From contig QPMI01000005.1 of the NCBI GenBank assembly GCA_004431415.1, positions 124,001-188,000 of the forward strand: a stretch of DNA of 64,000 nt, written 5' to 3'. This document shows positions 13,491 to 26,549 of the stretch, piece by piece. Position numbers and translations under genes: made by a program. The stretch is from Cyanophora paradoxa CCMP329 (lineage: Eukaryota; Plantae; Glaucophyta). Below the pieces are notes generated by a model. It was not told the DNA's origin, made no database searches, and saw only the letters and a program-made list of their open reading frames with translations. How positions within the stretch are numbered: the first letter of the stretch is position 1; every line of letters starts with the position of its first letter.

Positions 13491-14052
13491 CTAGCCAGAC
13501 CGTCAGAGCGAGCTGTTCACAGGAAGGAGATTGCCATGGACTTTGCATCTTACGTTTGCGGTACATTTCAGGGCCGGGACCGCTTCGGGGTCCAGCCCTG
13601 AACCCGTTCTGGCGCTAGCGCTCGCGTGGGGCGGCACTGGGGCCTACTAAGATTCATGGTTAGGAATGCGCCTATGCCGTCTGGATAATCATTGAATATA
13701 CTGCAGCGCCGTCGACGTTCGTACGGAGGTGTGCCGTGCATGCGTGCGCATGCATGCGCCGGCGCGCAGCAGCCGGCCGCAAATTGTAAAGCTTGCGATA
13801 CACCGGAAATAAGCTGTGTATGCGAGTTTGAATTACGTCGCTCGTACGGATCGTGGCGCCGGCGGCTGTTCCACGGCTGGTAAGCTGCTGGCAGCTGGTT
13901 CGAGGCAGGGGTACGCGGTGAGCTAAAAGCGAAAAGCAGGCCAGCAGGCCAGCTGAGCACTAGCTAGCAGCACTCCGCAACTCAGTAGCTCGATTCGATA
14001 GCTCCGTTCACCAACCAGCCAGGTCGTACGCCCGACTCGCTCGGCAGCGGCG

Positions 14053-17000
14053 ATGCCGCCGGCGGCAGTCAAGGACATCCCGCTGACGCCCAAGTGCGGA
14101 GAAAGGGGCACGAAGTGCACGGTGCCGTACTGCACCAGGAAGACTGGCCGGACAGAGGCGAGCATCGTCGCACAGCTGAAAACCAAGACCGGCGAGCAGC
14201 GGAAGTTTACGGATACCGACTTCCCTCCTAAGGCTTCCAGTCTCTTCAAAGATGCCAGCAGGCCGACTCCCGGTGAGCTAGCTAAGCCCGCGGACGCTTT
14301 CTTATCTAACTCGCTGTTGCAGGGCACATCGCCGAGGAGCACATCAAATGTGCCTACGCTCTCCCGTTCGCTTCGCAGTGCCCAGCTGAGCGCCTCGCGC
14401 AGGGTGCCGTCCGTCGGAGTTCTGCGGGCCGAACGCGCAGCTGTTCAAAGGCGCGGAGGGCGGGAGCGCGGATGTGGTGGAGGAGGGTGATATCGAGGCG
14501 GGGGACGTGATCCAAGGCATGCTCGGCGATTGCTGGTTTCTGGGAGCGCTCAGCGGTTCGCGCGGCGCCGCTGTCGTCGTCACGCCATGTCCGACACGCG
14601 TCCGCAGTGTGCGCGACTCGTCCAGAGCTCATGAAGCGGCTCTGGGTCTCAATCAAGAACGGCAAGGAGCATGGCATTTACACGCTCGCGTTCTATAAGG
14701 ACGACTGCTGGCACGTATCCTTACGGGCCGCTCGCCGCGAGCCGACGCGCGCGCCTCGCGTTCTCGCTCTGCCCTTGACGCGAGCCAGGAAATCATCGTG
14801 GACGACCAGATTCCGTGTACGATGTCGAACAAGCCGCTGTACGCGCGCTGCAAGGACGACGAGGAGTTCTGGGTACCCATCTTCGAGAAGGCGTACGCGA
14901 AGCTGCACCAGTGCTACGAGAACTTGATCTCCGGCTTCGTCGACTACGGAATGAAGGACCTCACAGGGGGTACCCCCCAGATCGAGTGCGCCTTCCCCCG
15001 CCCGCGGTCGCCGGGCGGTGCTGACCGCGGCGGTGGGGGATCCCAGGAAGTGGAAGCCTGAGGAGTACGAGGACGAGGAGAAGCCTCTGAACGAGCGCGC
15101 CGTCGAACTCTGGGAGGACCTCCGCTCCTTCGTCGCGCAGGGGTACGTATGCCGGGTCCCGCTCCCACGTACCCCCCGGCCCACACCTCCTCCGGCAGGT
15201 GCCTGATGGGGTGCGCCTTCTCGTACTCGGGGGCGGCGGAGGCGCCCGGGGCGGACGGCATCCTCCGCGGGCACGCGTACGGCCTTCTGGCGCTCGAGGA
15301 GGTCCCGATCACGCGAGAGGGCCGCCGCGAGACGCTTCGGATGCTGCACGTCCGGAACCCGTGGGGCAAGAAGGAGTGGGAGGGCAAGTGGTCGGACAAG
15401 TCCGGCGAGTGGAGCGAGTTTCCGGCCGTCGCGGTGCGGCCGCTCGCCCCGCCCGTACCCCTCCCCCCCCGCCGGTTGCTGAGAGGGGTACGTGCGCACG
15501 GCCGCGCAGTCAGCGCTCGCGCACAAGGACGAGGAGGACGGCGCCTTCTGGATGGAGTACAGGGATTTCCTCCTGAACTACAACACCGTCTACGTCTGCC
15601 GCCTCTTCCCGTCCGACTGGTCCGGCATGCGCGTCATCGTGCGCCCGTACCCCCCTACCCGCCCCCTACCCCCCCACTACGCCGCCGACGCCCGTACCCC
15701 CCCTCCCCCGGTTCGGCGCGCAGGGCCGCTTTGAGAAGGACATGGCGGGCGGGTCGCCGGCCAAGGGCAACGCGGAGTGGGTGAAGAACAGGCAGTACCA
15801 CCTTTCGGTCAAGAGCAGGGGGCCCGTGAAGGCGGTGATCAACCTGTGCCAGCCGGACGTCCGCATCCTGGGGCAGGCCAAGTTCCCTCTCCCCTTCGCG
15901 TTCTTCATCTGCAAGCTGGCGCGGGCCGGCGAGCGCGTCTCCAACAAGGCGGCGCTGAACCAGGACATGTCGTCGGGCGTCTTCAAGGCCGGCCGGGAGG
16001 TCACGTGGGACGGCAAGCTGGACCCGGGCGACTACGCGGTCATCCCGATGACCTTCGAGAAGGGCACGGTGGGCGACTACGCGCTCATGATCTACGCCAA
16101 GGTAGGGCCGTGCCAGCGCGCTTTCCGGGGCGGCTAGTCTTAGAGGGGGGCGACCCCGCCTGCTTCTTCCACTGCACCGCCCGCATCCCCGCTGCCTTTC
16201 CCGTCTCGAATCCTGACCATCTACCTGCGCCCAGGCCCGCGACGAGGAGATCGACCTGGAGGGCGAGGAGGACATCCCGCGGGACCTCGACCTCTCCCAG
16301 GCGCGCCAAGCTTTGCTCTTCCTCGTCTTACCGACTTTTTCTTCCTCGTCTTACTGTCTGTCTTCTTCTTCTCCGCAGGCGGGCGCCTCGCAGGACGACG
16401 CCTCCCTGGGCGACATGTGCGCCGCCGCCGAGATCCCCGAGGCGGAGCCCGAGGTCCGATCCCTTCCTCCTCCTTCTTCGTCTCCCATCCTTCCTTCGAA
16501 GTAAGCCAACTCTTACGCTCCGCAGACGCACGCGAAGCAAGGGTCGGACGTGCTGGCCGAGGTCGTCTCGCAGCTGGCGCAGAATATGGCGAAGCTCTCG
16601 CAGCTCGTCGACTCGCTCCAGAAGGACAACGCGGCGCTCCGCGGCGAGGTCGACTCGCTCCGCTCCTCGGGGGGCGCGCTTCCCATGGGCCTCGGCGGCC
16701 GCCCCACGAGCGCCAAGCCCGTCGACCGCGCCGTCATGCAGAAGGCCATCGTCCAGGCCACCGTGCGCGCCCCCGCTCGGCTCGGCTCGGCTCGGCGTTC
16801 GCCGCCTCACTCGCTCGGTCTGTTTCGGGCGGCAGTCGGAGCGGGCGCGGCGGTACGTGCAGGCCTGCGACGCGCTGCAAGTGCGGCCCAACACCATGCT
16901 GGTCAAGGAGGCGCGCCCCGTCCCTCCCGTCCTCCCGCCCGCCCGTGGCTCACGCCCTCCCCCACCCCCGCGCAGTTCCCGGAGCCCGCGGGCGGCGTGC

Positions 17001-20000
17001 TGGACTTCACGAAGGGCGGGAACTACCTGGGGAGCCGCGGCGTGCTGCCGATCCTCGCCGTCATTCGCGGCGACGCCTTCGAGGAGCTCGTCCTCAAGGG
17101 CCAGGGCCTCCTGGACGACGCCGCCATCGCCGTCGCCGAGCAGCTCAAGGGCCACGCGACGGTGAAGCGGATCGACCTCAGCGACAACAAGATCGCCGTG
17201 CAGGGCGCCATCAAGCTGCGCGAGATGGCGATCGCGACTCCGAGCCTGACCGAGGTCAACGTGACCAACAACCTGATCGACACGTACACGGCCAACAAGC
17301 TCCGCTCGGCCCTCGAGCGCAACCTGCGCGGCGGCGGCGGCGGCGGCGGGGCGGTCGGCGCGACGCCGCCCAGCGTCTTCAGCAAGAAGCGGACGTCGGC
17401 GGACATGGGCAAGGAGAACGGCGGCGCGGCGAACGGCGGCGCCGGCGGCGGCGACGACGACGACCCGTCGCTCAACGCGCGCTACGACACGGCGGAGAAG
17501 GAGGCCAAGATGGCGCGCGTCGAGAAGGTCAGACGTTTTGATTAACGCGCTCTCGGCTAGTTTCGTGACGTTCCGCGTCGGAAAGATCCTGGAGGGCGAC
17601 GGCTTCGACGTGGACGAGGGCGAGGGCGAGCAGTTCGGCGCCGTGAAGCCGTGGCTCGGGACCGTCCAGAACATGGTGCCGACGGGCTTCAAGGAGTCCC
17701 GGGCGATGAAGGAGGCGTGCGACGACCAGCTCGAGCTCGAGTTCGTGCACGGCTACCGCGCCCACGACGCCCGCCGCAACCTCTTCTACCTCGGCTCGGG
17801 CGCCGGCGACATCGAGGAGATCGTCTACCACGCCGCCGCGCTCGGCATCGTGTACACGGGCTTCCGCGGCGAGTCCGACGACGACATGCGCAAGCGGAAG
17901 CAGCGCTTCTTCACGATGCACGACGACGACATCATCGCGCTGGCGATGCACCCCAAGGGCCAGCTCGTCGCCACGGGCCAGGTCGGCAAGGACGGCATCA
18001 TCCACGTCTGGGACGCCAAGTCCATGGCCGTCAAGGCGACCCTGAAGGGCTTCCACAAGCGCGGCGTCTGCGCGCTCGCCTTCTCCGCCAACGGCACGCG
18101 CCTCGTCTCCGTCGGCCTCGACGACGACCACACCGTCGCCGTGTGGGACTGGATGAAGTCCGGCGCCAAGCCGCTCGGCAGCGACAAGGGCGACAAGAAC
18201 AAGATCCTCCTCGCCGAGTTCAAGCCCGGCAGCGAGACCGAGTTCGTCACCGTCGGCGCGCAGCACATGAAGTTCTGGACGATCGACGGGAGCGGGCGGC
18301 CCTCGGGCAAGCTCGGCTCGGCCAAGGGCAAGGGCACCTCGGCCCAGAAGGCCTACCACGCCGTCGCCTGGGCGAAGGGTGCGCCCCGCTTTCTTTCCCT
18401 TCCGCCGATCCCACGAGCAAACGAGCCTGACGCCGGAGCAGACGTGTGCGTGTCGGGCACGACGGACGGCCCGCTGTACAAGTGGCAGGGCGGGTCGGCG
18501 ACGGAGGCGGTCGACGCGCACAAGGGCCCCGTCTTCGCGCTGGCGAACACGCCGGACGGCGGCCTCGTCTCGGGCGGCAAGGACGGCCTCGTCAAGTTCT
18601 GGACGCCGGAGCTCAAGTGCTCGCGCACCGTCGACGTGGGCAAGCTCCTCTCCGCGAACCCCATCGGCGCCTTCGTGGGCGCGGCGCCGGCGATCCGCGC
18701 GCTCCACGCGCGGGGCGGGACGGTGCTGGTCGGCACGCAGTCCAGCCAGATCCTCGAGATCGAGGGCAGCTCCGTCTCCGTCTTCATGGCGGCGCACGGC
18801 GCGTCGGGCACGTGGAAGGGCCAGGCGGCCGACTACCAGGGCGAGGTCTGGGGCCTCGACGTCAAGCCGTCGGTGGGCAAGACGAAGAAGCGCTACGTGA
18901 CGTGCAGCGACGACAAGACGGTCCGCGTCTGGTCCGTCCAGCGCAAGTCCTGCGTCGCCGTCGGGACGCTCTCGGCGCCGGCGAAGCGCGTGGCGTGGTC
19001 GCCGGACGGGCGCGACCTCGTGTGCGGCCTCCTCGCCGGCGAGGTCGAGGTGCTGGACGCGGAGACGATGCAGCGGCGCGCCAAGTTCAAGTGCGCGTCG
19101 CCCAACGTGGCGCCGGGCGACATCTCGGACATCAAGTTCAGCCCGGACGGCTCCGTCGTCGCCGTCGCCTCGCACGACTCGTTCATCTACCTCTTCGACG
19201 TCGCGGCGGGGTACAAGCCCAGGAGCGGCGCCTTCCGATGCCCGCCCAAGGGCAAGGCCCACTCGGGCACCGTCTGGCACATCGACTTCTCGGAGGACGG
19301 GCAGACCCTCCAGGCCTCGGACAACGCCGGCGAGATCCTCTTCTGTGCGTGCCGCCCGGCAGCGTTTGCCTCGCCTGCTGCGCCCGCTCGCTCCGCCCGG
19401 CGTCGACGTCGACGCCTCACCGCCCCGCTCCGCCCCGCAGGGTCCGTCTCGTCTGGGACGCAGATCACGAAGGTGTCGGGCCTGCGGGACGCCAAGTGGG
19501 CGTCGCAGACGTGCGTCCTCGGCTGGTCCGTCCAGGGCATCTACGCCCCGGGGCTCAAGCTCCCCGACATCAACGCCGTGGACCGCTCGAACAACGGGCA
19601 GTGCCTCGCCATCGGCGACGACTTCCGCAGCGTGCAGCTCGTCAAGTACCCCTGCATCGCCGACGACTGCGTCCGCCGCCGCTACAAGGGCCACAGCGAG
19701 CACGTCACGAACGTCAAGGTCCTTCCTTCCTTTCTCGTACCCCTCGGCCTCTCACCCCCCCCCCTTCTAACCCCGGCCTTCGTTTGCAGTTCACGAAGGA
19801 CGACTTCACCCTGATCTCGACGGGCGGCGCCGACCTGTGCGTGATGCAGTGGAAGCACACGTGGACGGGCATGCCGCGGGACGAGGAGGAGGAGGACGAC
19901 GCGGAGATGCGCGTCAACTACGACAAGAAGATGGAGACGGGGGCGCGCCGCGCCGCCGTCACGCGCGAGGCCGTCGGCGGCGACGACGACTTCGGCGTGG

Positions 20001-22405
20001 ACGACGGCGAGGGCGAGCAGTTCGGCGCGTGCAAGCCGTGGGTCGGGACCGTCAACGCGCTGGTGCCGGACGGCTGGGCGCCCGACCCGAAGCTCAAGCA
20101 GGAGCCGAAGGACAACCTCGTGCTCGAGTTCGTGCACGGGTACCGCGCCCACGACGCCCGCAACAACCTCTTCTACCTCGGGCCGCGGGAGGACGGCGCC
20201 ACGGACCAGATCGTGTACCACGCCGCGGCGCTCGGTATCGTGTACGACAAGGGCGGCCACTCGCAGCGGTTCTTCCAGGGCCACGACGACGACGTGCTGG
20301 CCCTCGCCGTGCACCCCGACGGGTACACCGTCGCGACGGGGCAGGTCGGCAAGAAGGCGCCGATCTGCGTCTGGGACGCGAGGAACCCGCAGGCGCCGCC
20401 GCTGGCGACGCTGACGGGCCACCAGCGGGGCGTGCCGTGCCTCTCGTTCAGCCGCGACGGGAAGACCCTCGTCTCGGTCGGCCTGGACGACAACCACATG
20501 GTCATCGTGTGGGACTGGAAGGCCAAGAAGAAGCTGGGCGAGAACAAGGGCGGGCCCGACCGCGTCTTCAACGTCGACTGCAGCCCGCACGCCGACGGCG
20601 AGTTCATCACGACGGGCGCCAAGCACATCAAGTTCTGGAGCGGCGGTCCCGCCAAGCCGGCCGGCAAGCTCGGCTCGGCCAAGGGCAAGGGCATGACAGA
20701 CCAGAAGGCCTACCACGCCGTCGCCTGGCTCGACGCCTGTGCGCCGACCCTCTCCCGCCTGTGCTGCGCGTGCGCGCGCCCCGACTGACCGACCGCCCGT
20801 CTCCGCGCGCGCCCCGCAGCGACGGTGGTGGCGGGCACGACGGACGGCGCGCTGTACAAGTTCGTGGGCGGCACGGCCACGGAGGCGATCCCCGCGCATC
20901 AGGGCCCCGTCTTCGCCCTGCACGTCACGCCCGACGGCTCCAAGGTCCGATTTCTGTTAGTTTCAGTGCAGTGCTTTCGCTTCCGTCGCTGAAAAAGGGG
21001 CGCGCAGCTGCTCTCGGGCGGCAAGGACGGCGCGATCTGCGTCTTCGCGACGCAGGGCCTGGGCTCCGGCTCGACCCCCGCGAAGCGCATCGACCTGAAC
21101 AAGCTGCTCTCGTCCGACCCGACGGCCTCCGTCACGGCGCTGGCGCCGGCCGTGCGGGCGCTCAACGTGAAGGGCGGCAAGTGCGTGGCGGGCCTCATGA
21201 GCTCGACGGTCGTCGAGGTGGACCTCGCGTCGGGCTCGGCGACGACGCTCATGGCGGCGCACGGCGCCTCGGGCACGTTCAAGGGCAAGGCGGCCGACTA
21301 CCAGGGCGAGCTCTGGGGCCTCGGCGTGGTGCGTGCCGTGTAGTGTAGTGTAGTGTACCCCCCACCAAGCTGCGCCTCTGTTCCGCGGCCGCTTGCTGAC
21401 TCGGCGCGTTGTTCGCTTGTTCTCTCCGCAGCACCCGAGCAAGAACGAGTACGTTACCTGCTCGGACGACTGCCTCCTCCGGTTCTGGGACGTGGCGAGC
21501 CGCAAGTGCACCAAGGTGATCAAGCTGGAGGCGCAGGGCCGCTCCGCGTGCTTCTCGCCGGACGGCGCGCACGTGGCCGTGGGACTCTACACCGGCGACG
21601 TCGAGATCTTCGACATGCGGCGGGGCGAGCGGATCTGCAAGCGGACGACGGGCGCCGGCAAGATCGCCAAGGAGGAGCTGGGCGAGCTGGACTACAGCCC
21701 GGATGGCAAGTACCTCGCCGTCGGCTCGCACGACAACGGCATCTACGTCTTCTCGGTCAACGAGGACTACAAGCTCGCCGGGCGCTGCAAGGGCCACTCG
21801 TCGTACATCCGGCACCTCGACTGGAACGAGAGCGGGACGGCCATCCAGAGCGACTGCGGCGCGTACGAGCTGCTCTTCTGGTCGGTGCCCTCCTGCAAGC
21901 AGAACTCGAAGGCCAGTTCCTTCAAGAACGAGAAGTGGGCGACGCAGTCCTGCGTCATCGGCTGGCCCGTCCAGGGTGCGTTTAGCGCTCGGCCCGCCCC
22001 TCGCGCCCTCCCTGCCTTAGCTAAGCGCGTGGGCCCGGCCGGCCTTTATTCGTTCGCAGGCGTCTTCGAGCCCGGGATGGACGGGCTCGACGTCAAGTCC
22101 GTGGACCGCTCGAAGGACGGGAGGCTGCTCGCCATCGGCACCAACTTCCGCTACGTGGCGCTGGCGCAGTACCCCTGCCTCACCGACGACGTGCGCCGCA
22201 GCCCTGGCCCGGGGGCCCCGCTTCCCCCAGCTCGCTCCCACCGCTTCTCCTCTGACGCCCTCTCGCTCGCGCGCAGAGCAAGCGGAAGAAGTACAAGGGC
22301 CACTCGGAGTTCGTCACGAACGTGCGCTGGACGCCGCGGGACGACTACCTCATCTCCGTCGGCGGCGCCGACCTCTGCGTCATGCAGTGGCGCCGCGAGA
22401 AGTAG
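14053..22405 (+). CDS. Calpain (CysPc + domain III) - coiled coil - LRR - two EML-type HELP/WD40 tandem propeller units, one multi-exon gene
   Basis: Catalytic triad QGMLGDCWFL / GHAY / RNPWG. LRR NYLGSRGV..IDLSDNKI. Two HELP motifs LEFVHGYRAHDARxNLFY with many WD40 repeats. Introns between the domains (16102-17585) all join in phase 0. Confidence 0.85.
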
Positions 22406-22646
22406 GCGGCCGTCTTATTCGGCATTCGTATCTAGGAGGTTTATGTTAGGCTCTAGTTGTACCGCTCACAAGACAGACTTTCCGAGGCGGGCTGCATTCG
22501 CGAGGGCGGACGCCAGGGTTGCAAATGGAAGGAGAAAGGGGGAGGGCGGACGCCAGGGAGGGGCCGAAGGGGGAGGGCGGAGGCGCTGACGGCGGGCGAG
22601 AGGAAGCGAGCGAGGCTCTCGAGAGGCGGGGCGGGCAGGCGGGCCC

Positions 22647-24039
22647 TCAGCGGCGGGCAGCCTCGTCGCAGGCCTCGAGCAGCATGTCGACGCTGACCCT
22701 GCGGAACCGCGCCTCGGCGTAGTACGGGATCGCCTTTACCGCGAAGACGTCACGCAGTTCATCCGGAATCTCCGCAGCTGGAGGGACGGTCAACTCATTC
22801 CGAAGTTCGGTTGGCAGGGCGGCCTGGGGCGGGGGCGCACGGGCGGGGAAGCGGCAGGACTTGTCGTCGTGGAGGAGGAGGATGTCCTTCCCCGCCCGCG
22901 CCGCGTGCCGCACCTCGCCCAGCACGTACTGCCTCGCCAGCACGTCTGCGCAGGGCCCCGGGAGATCAGACGCCACCAGGCACGAGAACAGCCGATCGGA
23001 CCCTGGGAGATGATGAGGACAACGATCGCGGAGGCGTCGATGATCTCCTTGATCCTGCGGGGCGGGGGGGGGGCGGCTCGGGCGAGGTGCGGTGAGTGCT
23101 CCAACTCGAGAGGGGCGCACTGGTGGAGCTCGAGGTGGGAGTCGTCGACGTCGAGGAAGACGCGGAGGCCGGGGCGGGCCTGCTCGAGCTGGAGCTTGAG
23201 GGCGAGGGCGAGGTGGCCGGCGGGGGCCTGCTAGTGCGAGAGGAAGACGTCGTACTGGGCCGCTGCGGTGGGGCGTGAGGGGAGGGCGGGACCGGCTGCT
23301 CCGGAGCGGTGCACGGACCGAGGGCCGGGGCGGCAGGGCGCGGGGCGGCGGGGGCGGGCTGCGGCGGGGGGTGAGGGGCGGGGCGCGCGGGCGAGGCGGC
23401 GGGGCGCACCGCGGCGGCGGGGGCGGGGAGGGAGCGGAGGTAGGGCACGACGGCGGCGCACTGGGCTTTCGCGGAAGCGATAGCGGCATCGTGTGAGCTG
23501 TACGGTCCTTTTTGGTCGTTGACGGCGCGGCGGACGGGCTCGGGCCACGAGTCCACGACGGGGTTGTTGTGCACATACAGCTTCTCCAGGGCGGCGAGGC
23601 GGCCGATCTCGGACGGCAGCGCCGTGAGCTGGTTGCCGCCCACATTCAGCCACTGCAGGGCGGCGAGGCGGCCGATCTCCGGCGGCAGCGCCGTCAGCTG
23701 GTTGTTCCACACGTACAGCTCCTCCAGGGCGGCGAGGCGGCCGATCTCCGGCGGCAGCGCCGCCAGCTGGTTGTTCCACACGTACAGCTCCTCCAGGGCG
23801 GCGAGGCGGCCGATCTCCGTCGGCAGCGCCGCCAGCTGGTTGCTGCTCACGTACAGCCTCTGCAGGTTCGTCAGCTTGGCAAGCTCGGCCCCCGGGATGC
23901 TTGTGAGCTTGTTCCCGTCGAGGTCGAGCACGCGGATGTTCGCCGGCCCCGCCGCCGCGATCTCCGCCGCCGGCCACTCCGTCCGCCCCTCCTTCTTCAG
24001 GTCCAGCTTCCCCTCCGCCGGTATCCACCCCCTGCCCAT
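22647..24039 (-). pseudogene. LRR-TIR copy 1 (6 LRR, TIR subtype A) with an in-frame TAG early in the TIR
   Basis: MGRGW..GKLDL cap, 23-aa LRRs, NPVVDSWPE..VPYLRSL cap, then YDVFLSH*QAPAGHLALALKLQLE..LRVFLDVDD..VLGEVRHA. The stop is at 23231-23233. Confidence 0.8.
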
Positions 24040-24464
24040 GCCTGCGGGGCGGTCAGCGGCAGAAGCGCGCCGAGGGGAGCGCGCCCCCGCCCCGCCCGGC
24101 GGGTCCCCAGCCATGCGCATGCCTGGAGGAGCGCACCGTCGAATGATCGCCTTGCCGCAGCAATGCCGATCGAGCTGCTGGCGGCTCGCCCGCTGCTCTG
24201 TGCAGGGAGCTGCGCGCCGGTACAAGCAAGCAGTACTAGTGAGCGAACGACAGGCGAGCGATGCCAGAAACACGTCGGCTTCGCACCTGCCGCGATGAAT
24301 TCGATTCACAGTAGCGACAGGGTATGGCCGCCGCCAGTCCCAGGTGGCCTTGTCGTCCTTCTTGGCAGGGTCGTGTGTCCTGTAGAAGTTATCGTGCTCT
24401 TCCGCCGTGAAGTCACGGAAGTCCGTCATTTCGCGCCGCGGGCGGCGCGGCGGCGGCGGCGGGG

Positions 24465-24595
24465 GGGGTTCTACCCTGCAGGGGTACCCAGGGTTGCCCG
24501 ACGACCCTGCCACCCTGCAGGGTTCCACCCTCAGGGTGCCAGGGTGCAGGGTAAAACGCGCAGGGGACAGGGTAAAGGGTGGAACACTATCCAGG
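24465..24595. repeat. Cluster of CAGGG/CCCTG direct and inverted repeats, possible transposon terminus
   Basis: accctgcaggg occurs twice plus several caggg units. The segment is absent from the homologous upstream region of copy 5. Confidence 0.35.
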
Positions 24596-25579
24596 CCGCG
24601 CCGCGCCGGGGTACAGTCGCGCCGTGGCCGCTGCTGCTTCCATGGCGCTGAGGGGCGGGCCTGTCAGCTGCATGTCCATTGCTGTACATATCCACTCCAA
24701 GCACTTCTCTCCTTCTGTACTCCGGCCAGAGCTGTCAAGCTGGCCGGATCGAAATCCAGCGTGCTAGCGCGCGATCGGGACACAATTGCAAGCGCGGCGC
24801 AGCCCGCAGCCGAGACAATGGCGAAGCATAGCGCCGGCCGCGCGCGGGTGGCGGGTCGATCCGCTCCTCCGCGAGCGCTCCGCGCACGGGCGCGCGCCTG
24901 CTCCGCCCCGCTGGCGGCCCCGCCCGGGGCTTGGCCATGGCTCGGGGGCCTTGCGCCGGCCGCGGCCCCACGCGCGCCGCGCTGCGCGTCCCGCCGCTGC
25001 AGCAGACCCGCAGCAGCAGCCGCCGCCGCCGACGCCCTCGGCGCCGCCACGCCCCCTCGGAAGCCTCGCCCCCGTGCACCCGCAGGCCCCGCGGGCCGGG
25101 CGCCGGCCCCCTTTCGAATTCGTGCGGGTCGGGCACCCTCGCGGCCGGCCCTTCGGACCCCCCGCCTTCCCCCCCGAGGCTCAAGGTAAGGCGGGCCGGC
25201 GCCCGCCCTCCGCTTCTTCTAGGAATCTGATCCCGGGTTCTTGGGCTTCTCCTCAGGTTTACTCGGATTGGGCCTGGTCCCGGGCCGCACCCTCGGGTCC
25301 AGCCGGCGCCCGACGCCGCAGCGCCCCCGGCACGCAGCCCGCCGCCTCCCCCTCCGGGCCCCGTGGAGAGAGGGCGCCCGCCCTGTGCCCCCCAGATCCC
25401 TCTCCTTCGCGGGCCCAGGGCCCGCCTAGCCCCCTTCCCCCGGACCTCGCGGTGGGCCCCCTCCCCCCGTACCCCTCCGTATCCAAACCCCGCTTACCCC
25501 CCCTGGCCTCGCCCCCGCGCCCAACGCCCCGCGGACCCTGAGCGTGCAGGTCGTGCGCTCCGCCTTCCGAAGTTCCCCG

Positions 25580-26240
25580 GCCCCGCCCCCGGCCCTGAGG
25601 CTCCTCCGGGGTGCGAGCGGCCTGCCGGCCCTCCCCGCGCCCCCCGCCCGACAGGACGCTCCCCCTCCCCGCCCTTTCAGTTCTGGTCCGGTACCCCCCG
25701 GGCCACCCGCCCCCCGCCCGCCCCTCCGCCGCCGCCGCCTGAGCCGCCTGGCCTCGAGCCCGCCGCCCAAGGCCGTCTGAGCCGTCTGAGCCCCGCCCCC
25801 GGCCCTGAGGCTCCTCCGGGGTGCGAGCGGCCTGCCTTCTTCCCCTCGGCGCCGGATCGCCGACAGCGCCTGCCCTCCTCTCCAGGTGCGCGCACTTGAG
25901 CGTAGGCGACAGAGCACGGGGGGGCGCCACGCCGCTGCTTCCTGGACGGGAGTCCCGCCCGGCGCCCCCGCCACACCGACCGCCGCGCCGCGGCGCCGGC
26001 GCTCCCCGGCCCAACCCGGCCGGCCGCCTCCCTCCCGGAGGGCCCCCCGCCCGCCCCTCCCCACGCCCTTCACCCTACAGGACGCTCTCCTTTCCCGCCC
26101 CTTCAGCTCTGGTCCGGTACCCGCGGGCCGCCCGCCCCCCGCCCGCCCCTCCGCCGCCGCCGCCGTCTGAGTAGCCCGGCCTCGAGACCGCCGATGAAGG
26201 CCGTCTGAGCCGTCCGAGCCGTACGCGTCTGAGCCCGCTC
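25580..26240. repeat. GC-rich local repeats
   Basis: ccccgcccccggccctgaggctcctccggggtgcgagcggcctgcc at 25581 and 25791. caggacgctc..ctggtccggtacc at ~25652 and ~26078. ccgtctgagccgtc at ~25773, ~26201 and ~38660. Confidence 0.75.
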
Positions 26241-26549
26241 CGCCCCGCGCCTCTGCCCTCCCACCCCAGCAGCAGGCAGCCGCCCGGCCCCGGCCCGCCC
26301 GGGCGCCCGCGGCCCCGCCCGCCCCTCCCGCGCCTCCCGCCCGGCCCTTCCTTCCCCTTCGAGTTTCCCCCCCCCCCCTCCCGTGTCCCCAGTCGCCCCC
26401 CCCCCCCCCCCCCCCCCCGTGGCCTCCGCCCGCCCGCCCTCCTCCAGGGCGCCGGGGCGCGCCGCGGTCGCCCCCTCCTGGAGCTCCGGGGCGCCGGGGC
26501 GCGTCGCCCGCCCTCTGCAGCTGCAGCTGCCTCTATGTTAGCTATAGCC

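Noticed and set aside
17529-20923. Long antisense and alternative-frame ORFs (724 aa, 780 aa, 413 aa)
   Set aside because: Shadows of the high-GC3 EML coding sequence, with no domain signal.
24040-24528. N-terminal ORF extensions upstream of the LRR ATGs (also 29590-30019, 31753-31866, 41720-41820)
   Set aside because: They run through branch-point and acceptor sequence and are not conserved as protein; probably 5'UTR and intron.
24700-26500. Many Pro/Arg/Gly-rich ORFs
   Set aside because: Expected by chance in extremely GC-rich repetitive DNA.
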